Notes: generated from the sequence alone by a model not told the origin. A stretch of 64,000 nt of DNA from Mobula hypostoma (GCF_963921235.1 NC_086101.1:4652001-4716000), one strand, 5' to 3'. Counted from the stretch's first letter, positions 1-13,139 are shown. Numbers and translations are program-made.

Positions 1-2800
1 GGAGCTGAGGGAGCCTTATGCTGAGGGAGGAGCTAAGGGAGCCTCACACTGAGGGAGGGTCACGCTGAGGGAGGGGTTGAGGGAGCCTTATGCTGAGGGA
101 GCCCCATGCTGATGGAGGGGCTGAGAGGAAGTGTCATGTTGATGAGGGCTGGAGAGGGAGTGTCATAATGAGGGAGGGCCAGAGAGGGAGTGTCATGTTG
201 AGGAGTGTCATGTTGATGGAGTGTCATGTTGAGGAGGGTCAGAGAGGGAGTTTCATGTTGAGGAGGGCAAGAGAGGGAATGGCATGTTGAGGGAGGAACG
301 GAGAGGGAGTTTCATGTTGAGGAGGGCTAGAGAGGGAGTGTCATGTTGAGGGAGGGGCGTAGAGGGAGTGTCCTGTTGAGGAGTGTCATGTTGAGGGAGG
401 GACGGAGAGGGAATGTCATGTTGAGGAGGGACAGAGAGGGAGTGTCATGTTGAGGGAGGAACGGAGAGGGAGTGTCATGTTGAGGAGGGTCGGAGAGGGA
501 GTGTCATGTTGAGGGAGGGACGGAGAGGGAGTGTCATGTTGAGGGAGGGATGGAGAGGGAGTGTCATGTTGAGGGAGGGACGGAGAGGGAATGTCATGTT
601 GAGGAGGGACGGAGAGGGAGTGTCATGTTGAGGAGGGACGGAGAGGGAGTGTCATGTTGAGGGAGGGCCGGAGAGGGAGTGTCATGTTGAGGGAGGGATG
701 GAGAGGGAGTGTCATGTTGAGGAGGGTCAGAGAGGGAGTGTCATGTTGAGGGAGGGTCGGAGAGGGAGTGTCATGTTGAGGGAGGGACGGAGAGGGAGTG
801 TCATGTTGAGGGAGGGTCGGAGAGGGAGTGTCATGTTGAGGGAGGGACGGAGAGGGAGTGTCATGTTGAGGGAGGGTCAGAGAGGGAGTGTCATGTTGAG
901 GGAGGGTCGAAGAGGGAGTGTCATGTTGAGGAGGGTCGGAGAGGGAGTGTCATGTTGAGGAGGGTCGGAGAGGGAGTGTCATGTTGAGGAGTGTCATGTT
1001 GAGGGAGTGTCATGTTGAGGGAGGAACGGAGAGGGAGTGTCATGTTGAGGGAGGGACGGAGAGGGAGTGTCATGTTGAGGAGTGTTGGAGAGGGAGAGTC
1101 ATGTTGAGGAGTGTCATGTTGAGGGAGTGTCATGTTGAGGGAGCGACAGAGAGGGAGTGTCATGTTGAGGGAGGGACAGAGAGGGAGGTCATGTTGAGGA
1201 GGGACAGAGAGGGAGTGTCATGTTGAGGAGGGACAGAGAGGGAGTGTCATGTTGAGGGAGGGACAGAGAGGGAGGTCATGTTGAGGAGTGTTGGAGAGGG
1301 AGAGTCATGTTGAGGGAGTGTCATGTTGAGGGAGGGACAGAGAGGGAGGTCATGTTGAGGAGTGTTGGAGAGGGAGAGTCATGTTGAGGGAGGGACAGAG
1401 AGGGAGTGTCATGTTGAGGAAGGACGGAGAGGGAGTGTCATGTTGAGGGAGGGACGGAGAGGGAGGTCATGTTGAGGAGGGACAGAGAGGGAGTGTCATG
1501 TTGAGGAGGGACAGAGAGGGAGTGTCATGTTGAGGGAGGGACAGAGAGGGAGGTCATGTTGAGGAGTGTTGGAGAGGGAGAGTCATGTTGAGGGAGTGTC
1601 ATGTTGAGGGAGGGACAGAGAGGGAGGTCATGTTGAGGAGTGTTGGAGAGGGAGAGTCATGTTGAGGGAGTGTCATGTTGAGGGAGGGACAGAGAGGGAG
1701 GTCATGTTGAGGAGTGTTGGAGAGGGAGAGTCATGTTGAGGGAGTGTCATGTTGAGGGAGGGACAGAGAGGGAGGTCATGTTGAGGAGTGTTGGAGAGGG
1801 AGTGTCATGTTGAGGGAGGGACAGAGAGGGAGTGTCATGTTGAGGAAGGACGGAGAGGGAGTGTCATGTTGAGGAAGGACGGAGAGGGAGTGTCATGTTG
1901 AGGGAGGGACGGAGAGGGAGTGTCATGTTGAGGAAGGACGGAGAGGGAGTGTCATGTTGAGGGAGGGACGGAGAGGGAATGTCATGTTGAGGGAGGGACA
2001 GAGAGGGAGGTCATATTGAGGGAGGGACGGAGAGGCGATGTCATGTTGAGGGAGGGACGGAGAGGGAGTGTCATGTTGAGGGAGGGACGGAGAGGGAGTG
2101 TCATGTTGAGGGAGGGCCAGAGAGGGAGTGTCGTGTTGAGGGAGGGATGGAGAGGGAGTGTCATGTTGAGGAGTGTTGGAGAGGGAGAGTCATGTTGAGG
2201 GAGTGTCATGTTGAGGGAGGGACAGAGAGGGAATGTCATGTTGAGGAAGGACGGAGAGGGAGGTCATATTGAGGGAGGGACGGAGAGGCGATGTCATGTT
2301 GAGGGAGGGACGGAGAGGGAGTGTCATGTTGAGGGAGGGACGGAGAGGGAATGTCATGTTGAGGGAGGGACAGAGAGGGAGGTCATATTGAGGGAGGGAC
2401 GGAGAGGCGATGTCATGTTGAGGGAGGGACGGAGAGGGAGTGTCATGTTGAGGGAGGGCCAGAGAGGGAGTGTCGTGTTGAGGAGGGACAGAGAGGGAGT
2501 GTCGTGTTGAGGGAGGGCCAGAGAGGGAGTGCTGTGTTGAGGAGGGACAGAGAGGGAGTGTCATATTGAGGGAGGGATGGAGAGGGAGTGCTGTGTTGAG
2601 GAGGGACAGAGAGGTAGTGTCATGTTGAGGGAGGGTCAGAGAGGGAGTGTCATGTTGAGGAGGGTCATGTTGAGGGAGTGTCATGTTGAGGGAGGAACGG
2701 AGAGGGAGTGTCATGTTGAGGGAGGGACGGAGAGGGAATGTCATGTTGAGGAGGGTCATGTTGTGGAGTGTCATGTTGAGGAGGGCTGGAGAGGGAGTGA
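1..2800. repeat. Purine-rich minisatellite, about 29-30-bp unit (gagagggagtgtcatgttgagggagggacg) with shorter variants
   Basis: Direct tandem repetition is visible. ORFs here are repeat translations. Confidence 0.97.
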
Positions 2801-3334
2801 CACACTGGGCAAGGGACAGAGCCAAGTGAGGACAAAGGGAACCTAGGTTAGATGGGAGGAGGGAGGGGGCAGGTTCGAGGATACAATTTCAGAGGGTTGG
2901 TTTTCAATGAGGGCAGGATATGTCTGAAAATGCACAGCATTGCGGGCAGTCACATTGCAACATGAAACCAAAACCACCCTTTTCTCAGACAGACAAGCAA
3001 TTCGGGCACTGTTCTCTCTGAGCTGTGCGGGGGCCTGGCCATGCAGTAAATGCTCCGTTCATTGCTGCACAGCTGGAATTTTCTTTTATATAATGTTAGT
3101 TTAACGTGCCGCAGAGTTTTCAGGCTGTGTAAAATTTTCCCGTTCAGAGCAAAGGCTGGTCTGCGCAGCTGTAAAAAAATTAGCGGGAATGTTGTTCAGG
3201 AGCCTGATGGCAGAGGGGTAATAACTGTTCCTGAACCTGGTGGTGTGGGTCCTGGGGCTCCTGTACCTCCTGCCTGATGGTGGCAACAGTGAGACAAGAG
3301 CCTGGCCTGGGTGGTGGATCCTGCTGGTTGAGGG

Positions 3335-6200
3335 CTAGTGTGGGGTAGATTCTGTGGACATGAACGGGACACCTGGATGATATGTTGTCTCCTAGGTGCC
3401 AGGGTCGGGGATGTCTCAGATCACGTCCACAACATTTTGAAGAGGGAGGGGGAGCAGCCGGATGTCCAGGTACATATTGGTACCAATGACATAGGAATGA
3501 AAAGCAATGAGGTCCTGAAAAGAGAATTTACAGAGCTAGGTAGAAAGCTGAGAATCAGGACCTCCTGGGTAGTAATTTCTGATTGCTGCCTGTGCCCCAC
3601 ACCAGTGAGGGTAGAAACAGGATGATTTGACGGATAGATGTGTGGCTGAGAAGTTGGGGCAGGGGGCAGGGCTTCACGTTCTTGGATCATTGGGATCTCT
3701 TCTGGGGGAGGTATGACATGATCAATGGTGATGGGTTGCACCTGAACCCGAGGGGGACCAATATTCTCGCGGGCAGGTTTGTTGGAGCTGTTGGGGAGGG
3801 TTTAAACTAATTTGGCAGGGGGGTGGGAACTGGAGTGAACGGACTCAGGACAGGACGGATGGTAAAAATGTAAAGACAGCATGCAGTCAGGCTGTCAGGA
3901 AGGGCAGGCAGGTGATGAGACTCAGTTGCAGCCAACAGGCTGAGTATCAAAACATTAGGGATGCAGAATCAGAAAGGACAGCAAATACGGTCCTCAAGGT
4001 GTTGTATCTTGTTGCACGATTACAGTTTGCCAGGTATGATGTTGTGGCCATCACTGAATTGTGGTTGAAGGATGGTTGTAGTTGGGAGCTGAATGTCCAA
4101 GGTTACACATTATATCGGAGTGATAGGAAGGTAGGCAGAGGGGGTGGTGTGGCTCCACTGGTAAAGAATGGCATCAAATCAGTAGAAGGAATTGACACAG
4201 GATCGGACGATGTTGAATATTTGTGGGTTGAGTTTAGAAACTGCAAGGGTAAAAGGACGTTGATGGAAGTTATAAACAGGCTTCCCAACAGAGCTGGGAG
4301 GTGGACCACAGATTACAACAGGAAATAGAAAAGGCGTGTCAAAAGGGCAATGTTATGGTAGTCATGGGAGACTTTAACATGCAGGTTGATTGGGAAAAAC
4401 AGGTTGGTAATGGATCTCAAGAGAGTGAGTTTGTTGAATGCCTAAGAGATGGCTAATCTGTGGAATTCTCTGCCCAGGGAAGCAGTTGAGACTTCTTCAC
4501 TAAATATATTTAAGATACAGTTAGATAGATTTTTACATAGTAAGGGAATCAAAGGTTATGGGGAAAAGGCTGGTAGATGGAGCTGAGCTTACAGACAGAT
4601 CAGCCATGATCTTATTGCATGGCAGGGCAGGCTTGATGGGCCGGATGGCCGACTCCTGCTCTTATTTCTTATGTTCTTATGTTTTAGAGTACTTTGTTGT
4701 TGAACCTGCTAGGGGATCAGCCATACTAGATCGGGTATTATGCAATGAACCGGTGGCGATTAGGGAGCTTAAGGTAAAAGAACCCTTAGGAACCGGTGAT
4801 CACAATATGATTGTGTTCAACTTGAAATTTGGTCGGGAGAAAGTAAAGTCTGATGTTGCAGTATTTCAGTGGAGTAAGGGAAATTACAGTGCTATGACAG
4901 AGGAGTTGGCCAAAGTAAACTGGAAGGGGCTGCTGGTAGGGATGGGGTTAACCATTAGCATTCTCAGATCCACTGCATCAGTTCCAGCACATGCACGGAG
5001 ATGGTGCTTGAATCGTATACTATGCTCCCAGTTTAGCTCCGTCCCTGGCACGACGTGTCTGGTAAACGGGTGAGCAGTGAATCGGGGCTCCAACTGATGT
5101 GGATAATGGAGTCGATGGCTTTGTGACAAAGTTTGCAGATGATAGGTGGAGGGGTAGGTACTGCTGAGGAAGCAATGCAATTGCAGCAGGACTTAGACAA
5201 ATTGGAAGAATGGGGAAAAAGTGGCAGATGGAATACAGTTTTGGAAAATGTATGATAATACATTTTGGTAAAATGCAGACTATTATCTAAATGGGGAGAA
5301 AGTTCAAATATGTACAGAGGAACTTAGGAGTCCTTGTGCAAGACTCCCAGAAGGTTAATTCACAGGTTGTGTCTGTGGTAAAGAAGGCAAATGCAATGTT
5401 GGCATTTATTTCAGGGGGAATAGAATATAAAAACAAGGAGCCAATGCTGAGAACAAACAAGAAAATATCTGCAGATGCTGGAAATCCAAGCAACACACAC
5501 AAAATGCTGGAGGAACTCAGCAGGCCAGGCAGCATCTGTGGAAAGGAGTGGAAAGTCAACTCCTCGGCCCGAAACACCGACAGTGCTCTCTTCAATAGAC
5601 GCTGCCTGGCCTGCTGAGTTCCTCCAGCATTTTGTGAGATAATGCTGAGCCTTTATAAGACTCTAGTCAGGCTATACTTGGCGTATTGTGAACAGTTTTG
5701 TGCCCCACACCTCAGGAAGGATGTGTTGTCATCGGAGAGAGTCCAGAGGAGGTTCATGAGGATGATTCCGGGAATGAAGGGGTTAACACATGCGAAGCGT
5801 TTGGCAGCTTTGGGCCTGTACTCACTGGAATTTAGAAGATCGCAGGACTAGAAAGGGTGGATGTGGAGCGGATGTTTTCTCTGCTGGGGGTATCCAGAAA
5901 TAAAGGGCACAACCTCAAAATTGAGGGGCGAACTTTTAGAACAGAAGTAGAGAGGAGTATTTTTAGTCAGAGAGTAGTGAATCTGTGGAATGCTCTGCCA
6001 CAGACTGTGGTGGAGACCAAGTCCGTGAGTATATTTAAGGTGGAAGTTGATGGTTTCCTGATCGGTCAGGGCATCAAAGGATATGGCGAGAAGGGAGGTG
6101 TGTGGGGTTGAGTGGGATCCGGGATCAGCCATGATGGAATAGCAGAGCATACCTGATGGGCTGAATGGCCTAATTCTGTTCCTATGGCTTATAATCTTAC
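3335..6200 (+). mobile_element. Degenerate CR1-clade LINE (ORF1 esterase remnant + ORF2 endonuclease/RT remnants), with nested insertions
   Basis: ORF1-like VQVHIGTNDIG. ORF2-like YDVVAITELW, DHNMI, ...LVRLYLAYCEQF, RVVNLWNALP. CR1-type 3' end. Nested CR1 3' fragment at about 4455-4680. Confidence 0.85.
5453..5636. mobile_element. Penelope-derived inverted-repeat (hairpin) element inserted in CR1
   Basis: Arms cacaaaatgctggaggaactcagcaggccaggcagc and gctgcctggcctgctgagttcctccagcattttgtg. Flanking duplication aatgctgag (5443 and 5641). Confidence 0.7.
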
Positions 6201-6748
6201 AGCTTCCACACTGCAGGATATACCTGATAATCGGGTCAGCATGTTAGCATAGTGATTTGCATAACGCCATCACATCATCAGCGGCCACGGTTCAACTTCT
6301 GTCACCATCCGTACAGAGTTTGGCTCTTCCCTGGGGTTTGTCTCACGCCCCAACGACGTACGGGTTAGCGGTAGTGGCACGCTACATTGGCGACACACGT
6401 GAGCCGCCTCAGACTGTGCTGGTCGTGACACAAACGACGCATTTCACTCTGTGTTTCGACGTGCCTGTGACAGATAAAGGTCATCACTCATCAGGAGGTG
6501 GTGAGATTCTGTGGCTACGACCCGATGTCGTTACATCCTGAATGCCCCGGCCATCACCTCTGGTTTCCATCCCTCTACGTTTGCGGCATCACTCGCCCCA
6601 GAAGAGTTCCCCTCTCCAAGAGGCACTTTGTGACTTCATCATTTCCTGTCGAGTCGTCTTCTGTTCAGATTCTCGAATCACTTTACTTATGTACAATCCA
6701 TCTGTAAGCTAATCGTATAGCCACACTCTAACAGTGAGGCATTTACAG

Positions 6749-7436
6749 GATTAGATTAGATTAGATTATGAGAACACTCAGTCCTCTTTTATTGTCATTT
6801 AGAAATGCATACATGCATTAAGAAATGATACAATGTTTCTCCGGAATGATATCACAGAAAACAAGACAGACCAAAGACTAACACTGACAACACATAATTA
6901 TACCATATAGTTACAGCAGTGCAAAGCAATACCAGAATTTGATGAAGAACAAACCATGTGCACGGTAAAAATAGTCTCAAAGTCCCCAGGTCAATCGACT
7001 CCCGAGTCCCCAATAGCGGTGGCAAAAAGGAGAAACTCCCTGCCATAAACCTCCAGGCACCATCAACTTGCCGATGCCTTGGAGGCAGCCGATCACAGCC
7101 GACACTGAGTCCATCCATCTGAAAACTTCGAGCCTCCGACCAGCCTCTCCGATACAGCCTCCCGAGCGCCATCGTCTGCCGAGCACCTTCGACCTCGCCT
7201 CGGCCGTTGAAACAGGCAAAGCCGAGGATTCAGGGCCTTCTGCTCTGGAGATTCCGGTTACCACACAGTAGCAGCGGCAACAAAGTGGGCATTTCAGAAG
7301 TTTCTCCAGATGTTCCGCCGCACGCTCACGTCTGTCTCCATCAAATCAGAATTGTGCACGGTCCCCTACTTGACAGATTACAGACATCATTCACCGGAGA
7401 GGCCGCGCGCCCTGCCATCGCGCCGCCATCTTCTCC
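6749..7436 (-). mobile_element. Non-autonomous ~650-700-bp retro-element with (AATCT)n tail, copy 1
   Basis: Reverse complement of the 17980-18614 copy. (attag)n tail at the left end, ccatcttctcc at the right end. Confidence 0.8.
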
Positions 7437-7978
7437 TGCTGTTCACCTTTATATTTCTGTTTATTGTGTTTTTATGCCTTGGGAAAGGTAAAGGCTAAGG
7501 GAGTAATCCCCTATAGAAACTCCGGAGAGCATGGAGGTAGATGAACGGCTTACTACTTTACCTTCAGGCAACTCCTGTAGCAGCGACGGCACCCACTATA
7601 TTGTTTCCTCCTTCCCACTACAAGGCTCTGGATGAGGCAACATCCAGAAACCCAAGCACTGAAGGGTACTACCCGCTGGGAGAGTTCAATGCTGGAGCTC
7701 GAACTGACCATGAACCATGGCCTTCTTGCCTTGGCCATCGTGGCGTCGGAAGATGAACGAGAACGAGCAGAGGCTGCCCGAGCTGTGCTGCCATCGTGGA
7801 CTGTGCCTCACCAACACGTATTTTCAGTGTAAGGGATCCTGGAGACATCCACAGTCTGCTTGACCTCATTATCACCTGAACAGTGTCCTTGGCACTCGCA
7901 GGTACCACAGAGCAGACTGTGACACAGACCACTCCTAGACCAAAGCTAGGACAGCCCTCATCCAAGAGGTGCTGCTCG

Positions 7979-8150
7979 TAGATTAGATTAGATTAGATTA
8001 TGAGGACACTCAGTCCTCGTTTATTGTCATTTAGAAATGCATGCATTAAGAAATGATACAATGTTCCTCTGGAGTGATATCACAAAAAAAAAACAGGACA
8101 AACCAAAGACTAACACCATCAAGACCACATAATTATAACATATAGTTATA
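7979..8150 (-). mobile_element. 5'-truncated copy of the (AATCT)n-tailed element
   Basis: tagattagattagattatgaggacactcagtcctc... near-identical to 6749-6920. Confidence 0.8.
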
Positions 8151-9085
8151 ACTGCAGCTTTAACGCCACACACTGAACGCGAACTCCAACAACTGATTAA
8201 CTGTTTCACTCATGCCTGCAAGGAGCTTGGGTTAACTTAACCATCAGTCTGAAGAAGGCAAACGTCATGGCCTAGAATCTCCCCCAAACATCACCTTTGA
8301 TGGCTGCTCTCTTGATGCAGTCAACTCCTTCGCCTGTCTTGGGTCGACCATCACCAGCTCCCCATCCCTCGAAGCAGAGGTGGGCAACGGGATTGCCAGA
8401 ACTGCAGCTGTCATGGCCGGACTGAACAAGAGAGTGTGGAGCAAGAAACGGCTGACGAGGACGGTAAAACCGCGTGCGTACCAGGCGCGTGCACTCAGTG
8501 CACTCATCTATGCTAGCAAGGTTTGGACGCCAGACATCAGCCAAGAGAAGAGGCTACACTTGTTCCACCTACGCTGCCTCAGGCACGTCCTGCACGTCTC
8601 CTGGCGGGGCAGACTCACCAACACGGAGGGTGTGCGTTGGGCTGCAGTACGGTACTCAGCCCCAGGCCTCAGCTGGTTGGGCCGTGTCAAACAGATGGAC
8701 CAGGGACACATTCCCAAGGACATGGTGCATGGCGAGCTGAGTGAGGGTCTCCGCCCACGAGGAAGACCACGCCTCCGTTACAGGGATGTCTGCAGCCGGC
8801 AGGCATCAACCTCCACGCATAGGAGGCAGTTCAAGATTGGACAGCATGGAGGGCCGCAGTCACAGGCGCTGTACAATCTGCCGAGGTAGCAAGGACCAAC
8901 GCGCTCGTCGACAAGACAGCCAGAGCTGCATCACCCACAGCCGCTGTGAGAGAGACTGTCACTCCAGAGTGGGGCTGGACAGCCACCCCAGAATCTGCAA
9001 ATAGCCCCAAGCCTACAGCCCCAGGAACCAGCAGAGAAAGTGTCACACCATCGTCTCTCAAGACGTACGGATGCTGACGATGAAG
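8151..9085 (+). mobile_element. RTE-clade LINE 3' fragment
   Basis: ...FHLRCLRHVLHVSW, WLGRVKQMD..IPKDMVHGEL, RPRGRPRLRYRDVC. C-terminal CxxC...HSRVGL.SH zinc-finger typical of RTE ORF. Confidence 0.85.
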
Positions 9086-9124
9086 CTGATTGTGATTTTT
9101 TTTAATCGCTGAATCGTATCCAGA

Positions 9125-10175
9125 ATCATTTCAATTCTACTTCCTGTTCCCATTCCGACGTGCGAATCCACGGCCTCCTCTACTGCCGTGACGAGGCCAC
9201 ACTCGGGTTGGAGGAGCAACACCTTATATTCCGTCTGGGTAGCCTCCAACCCGATGGCATGAACATCGATATCTCAAACTTACGGTAATTGACCCCCCTA
9301 CACCTTCATTCCCCATTCCTGTTTCCTTCTCTCACCATAAAGACTGATTTATACTTGTACGTCAACAAGATGCCGTAGGTACAGCGTTGCTGCGAACCTT
9401 ACAGAGAGCCTACGTGAATCCCTACGCCATAGCCAGACACAAAATGTCTCCCGAAATGTAACTACACATCACAGCAACGCAGACCGCAACAACTGCGATT
9501 GGTCCGCTTGGTAGCATCGCATTTCCTCCTGCGCTGCAGTAGTTTCCCATTGGGCGACTGAAGGGCAGGGAAGGAACTCTGGCTGCAATGCTTTCCATAA
9601 ACCTTTACAGACCTCCGAAATTATGGAGGACACATTTCGCTTTTACGAAAAAAGACGCTCACTTTAGACTTGCTGACCCCGAGAAGGACTACCATGACCG
9701 TGAAGGCTTGCACGGGCAGGTGTATGTGCACATGCGCGACGTGCACGAATTGCAGAGCGACGCAGACGCACCAACGCACAAGTATAAATGCTCACAACGT
9801 GCGCGGGCCACTTGCGTAGGTTACGGCGTCGAGTTGACGCACAAATATAGATCAGCTTTTACCTGCCCATCACCTCCCTCTGGTGCTTCTCCCCATTCCC
9901 TTTCTTCCGTGGCCTTCTGTCCTCTTCTACCAGGCTCCCCCTTCTCCAGCCCTGCATCACTTTCACCAATCGACTTCCCAGCTCTTTACTTCACCACTCC
10001 CCCTCTCCCAGTTCCTCCCATTACCTACTACCTTGTACCTCCTCCTCCCTTCCCCACCACCTTCTTACTCTGACTTCTCATCTCTTTTCTCCAGTCCTGA
10101 CGAAGTCTCAGCCTGAAACGTCCACTCTTTACTCTTTTCCATAGATGCTGCCTGAGCTGCTGAGCTCCTCCAGTG
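9125..10175 (+). mobile_element. Penelope-like element 3' part (GIY-YIG C-terminus + pLTR), interrupted by a DNA-transposon MITE
   Basis: HFNSTS...IHGLLYCRDEATLGLEEQHLIFRLGSLQPDGMNID. Pyrimidine-rich tract. Degenerate hammerhead at 10073-10106. Confidence 0.8.
9341..9857. mobile_element. Non-autonomous DNA transposon (probably PIF/Harbinger-type MITE)
   Basis: Imperfect TIRs agactgatttatacttgtacgtcaac / gttgacgcacaaatatagatcagct, flanked by TAA/TTA. Splits a Penelope sequence. Confidence 0.65.
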
Positions 10176-10181
10176 TGTTAC

Positions 10182-10201
10182 CTTGATTTGCAGATTTTCT
10201 C
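10182..10201 (-). CDS. TRIM-A exon 4 (20-bp micro-exon)
   Basis: ctcacag|GAGAAAATCTGCAAATCAAG|gtaaca after an 81-bp intron. Matches the short phase 0-to-2 exon that follows the 231/234-bp exon in many TRIM genes. Confidence 0.7.
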
Positions 10202-10282
10202 CTGTGAGTTACAATTATTTTGCCCTCCTTCACATGTGTGTATTGAAGAATGGCAATCAATATTCATGAGTCTTGAATTTAC

Positions 10283-10516
10283 CTTCAACAGGATGAAGGC
10301 GTCTTGTTGGGTCAGCTGTGACTGGACATTGGACAACTTCTCCTCTGTCTCGTTCAGGTGCTCTTGAATGTCCCGGAGGTTGGTTTCCATCTTCTTCAGG
10401 ATGTCCTCTTCCTGGTCAGCCAGTTCCTTGGCCAGCAAGTGTTCCTTCTCATCCAGGACGGAGCGCAGTTTGGCAAATTCTGATGTGATGTGCTTCTGCA
10501 GGTTGTTGGACTGTTC
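10283..10516 (-). CDS. TRIM-A exon 3 (234-bp coiled-coil exon)
   Basis: ccttttccattcag|GAA...AAG|gtaaat. Encodes EQSNNLQKHITSEFAKLRSVLDEKE...QQDAFILLK, paralogous to 61828-62061. Confidence 0.92.
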
Positions 10517-10847
10517 CTGAATGGAAAAGGAAGGGCAGGGAGTGACAGTAACTTCATTTAGTCCAAGAGTCAAAAATAGACACACACACACACACAGAAC
10601 CACACACATACATACACACCCACACATGCACACAGAAACACAGGCTTGTTCACCCTCCCACCTTCCTCCATCCGCTCCTCCTGCCCTACACACAGGAGTG
10701 TCCCACCCCCACACATGAACGTGCGTAAACTCACCCTCCCAACGTCAGACACCAACAGGCCCCCTCCCCAAACATAGATCAACCACACGCGCACTCACTT
10801 ACCCAAAGTCAGACACCAACAGGCCCCCTCCCCAGACACAGACCTAC

Positions 10848-10943
10848 CTGGATCTCTGAGATGCTCTGCTGTTGCTTGAGGAGCACGTTCTGCACTGAGG
10901 TCTTCTTCTGGTTCAGGGACTGCAGGTTGGCTCTCATCTTCTC
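10848..10943 (-). CDS. TRIM-A exon 2 (96-bp coiled-coil exon)
   Basis: ctgcag|GAG...CAG|gtaggt. Encodes EKMRANLQSLNQKKTSVQNVLLKQQQSISEIQ. A 96-bp phase-0 exon is typical of TRIM RBCC genes. Confidence 0.9.
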
Positions 10944-11084
10944 CTGCAGCGGGTTAATAGTTCACAATCACACAACCATGGCAACGAAGGAGAGCATGGG
11001 GCCCGTTTAATCTATGAAGCAACGTTCTGCTAGTTCCCACGCACCTGCCCTCTCCTGTTACCCAGCAAATCCCCTTGTCTAAGA

Positions 11085-12006
11085 CATGACGTGCTGGCAT
11101 TGGAGAGGGTCCAGAGAGGAGGCTCACGAGAATGATCCCAGGAATGAAAGGGTTAACATATGAGGAGTGTTTAACGGCTCTGGGCCCGTATGCACTGAAA
11201 TTTAGAAGACTGAGGAGGATCTCACTGAAGGCTATCAAATATTGAAAGGCCTAGTTAGAGTGGATGTAGAAAAGATGTTCCCTATAGTGAGACTAGGCCC
11301 AGAGAGCACAGCCTCAGAATAGAGGGACGTACATTTAGAACAGAGATGAGGAGGAATTTCTTTAACCAGAGGCTGGTGAATCTGTGGAAGTCATTGCCAC
11401 AGACGTTGTGGAGGCCAAGTCATTGGGTATATTTAAACCCCAGGTTGATAGGGTCTTGATTCGTCAGGGTATCAAAGGTTACAGGGACAAGACAGGAGAA
11501 TGGAGTTGAGGGGGATAATAACTCTTGCAGTCAGGGATCCTCTTGGAAAGAGTGATTATAGTATGGTTGAATTTCGCACTCAGATGGAGGATGAAATAGT
11601 TAGATCTAAAACTAGTGTATTATACTTGAACAAGGGAGACTACAATGGGATGAGGGAGGAGTTGGCTAATATGGATTGGGAGCACAGGCTATTTAGTAGG
11701 ACAGTTGAGGAACAGTGGAATACTTTCACAGAGATTTTTCACAGTGCTCAACAAAAGTATATTCCAATCAAAAGTAAGGACAGTAAGTGTGGGGAGAGCC
11801 AGCCTTGGATAACTAAGGAAATAAAAGATAGTATCAAATTAAAAGTTTGTGTACAAAGTCGCAAAGAGTAGTGGGAGACTGGAGGATTGGGAAAACTTTA
11901 AGAAGCAACAGAGAACAACTAAACAAGAAATAAGGAAAGGGAAGATAGAGTATGAAAGTAAATTTGCATAAAATATAAAAACAGATAGCAAAAGTTTTTA
12001 TATATA
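11085..12006 (+). mobile_element. CR1 LINE fragments
   Basis: 3'-ORF2 remnant (11085-11510) followed by an endonuclease-linker remnant (DPLGKSDYSMVEF...PWITKEIK). Confidence 0.8.
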
Positions 12007-12300
12007 CAGTGGCATGCAAAAGTTCGGGCATCCCGGTCAAAATTTCTGTTACTGTGAATAGCTAAGCGAGTAAAAGATGAACTGATTTCCAAAAGGGATA
12101 AAGTTAAAGATGACACATTTCTTTAACATTTTAAGCAAGAAAACTTTTTTATTTCCATCTTTTACAGTTTCAAGTAACAAAAAAGGAAAAAGGTCCGAAG
12201 CAAAAGTTTGGGCACCCTGCATGGTCAGTACTTAGTAACACCCCCTTTGGCAAGTATCACAGTTTGTAAACACCTTTTGTAGCCAGATAAGAGTCTTCCA
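12007..12300 (+). mobile_element. Tc1/mariner (IR/DR type) terminal fragment
   Basis: TA|CAGTGGCATGCAAAAGTTCGGGCATCCC start, with an inner direct repeat gcaaaagtttgggcaccc at about 12199. Confidence 0.75.
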
Positions 12301-12304
12301 ATCG

Positions 12305-12436
12305 CAAACACGAGGAATTCTGCAGATGCTGGAAATTCAAGCAACACACATCAAAGTTGCTGGTGAACGCAGCAGGCCAGGCAGCATCTCTAGGAAGAGG
12401 TACAGTCGACGTTTTGGGCCGAGACCCTTCGTCAGG
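12305..12436 (-). mobile_element. Penelope pLTR fragment (hammerhead core mutated)
   Basis: Same sequence as 24547-24706 and 42743-42900. GAAA is changed to AAAA. Confidence 0.8.
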
Positions 12437-12489
12437 AAGCAGCACCAATGCAGTCTTTAATATAGCGTAGGGAAAGTGCGGGACGGTCA

Positions 12490-13139
12490 CCCGTGTGGGC
12501 TTGGAACATCGATATCTTGAACTTCCGGAACTTCCGGTGCACAGCCCTCCGGTGGAAAATGACATCGTATCCGTTAAATAGGGGCTGTGGACAATTCTGA
12601 TTTGATGGAGACAGACGTGAAAGCACAGAGGAACATCTGAAGAAATTTCTGAAACGCCCGTTCGCTGCTGTTGTTACTGTGCTGTCCGGAAACTTCCGGA
12701 GGGAAGGCCTCAAAATCCCCGGCTTTGCCTGCTGTTGGCGACCGAGATTGAGGTCGAATCGTTCGGACAGAGATGGCGCTCATTACTCGGTGTCGGAGAG
12801 CTGATCAGAGCTCGAAGTTTTCGGATGACTCAGTGTCGGACCGTGGTCGGGTATGGCAGGGAGAGTTTTTCTTCCTTCTCCCGTCTGCGTGAGGTGTGGG
12901 ACATTTGAGAGACTTAGAACTTTTTACTGTGCTCACGGACTTCTTCAAGTTATGGTATTGTTGCACTGTTGTAACTATATGTTATAATTATGTGGTTCTG
13001 TTAGTTTTTTCAGTCTTGGTCTGTCCTGTGATTTGTGATATCACACCGGAGGAAATATTGTATCATTTCTTAATGCATGCTTTACTAAATGACAATAAAA
13101 GAGGACTGCGTGTCTTCATAATCTAATCTAATCTAATCT
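12490..13139 (+). mobile_element. Non-autonomous (AATCT)n-tailed element, copy 3
   Basis: Colinear with 18020-18614. Ends aataaaagaggactgcgtgtcttcataatctaatctaatctaatct. Confidence 0.8.

Noticed and set aside
90..2846. Repetitive ORFs (MLREGRRGSV...)
   Set aside because: Translations of the 30-bp minisatellite.
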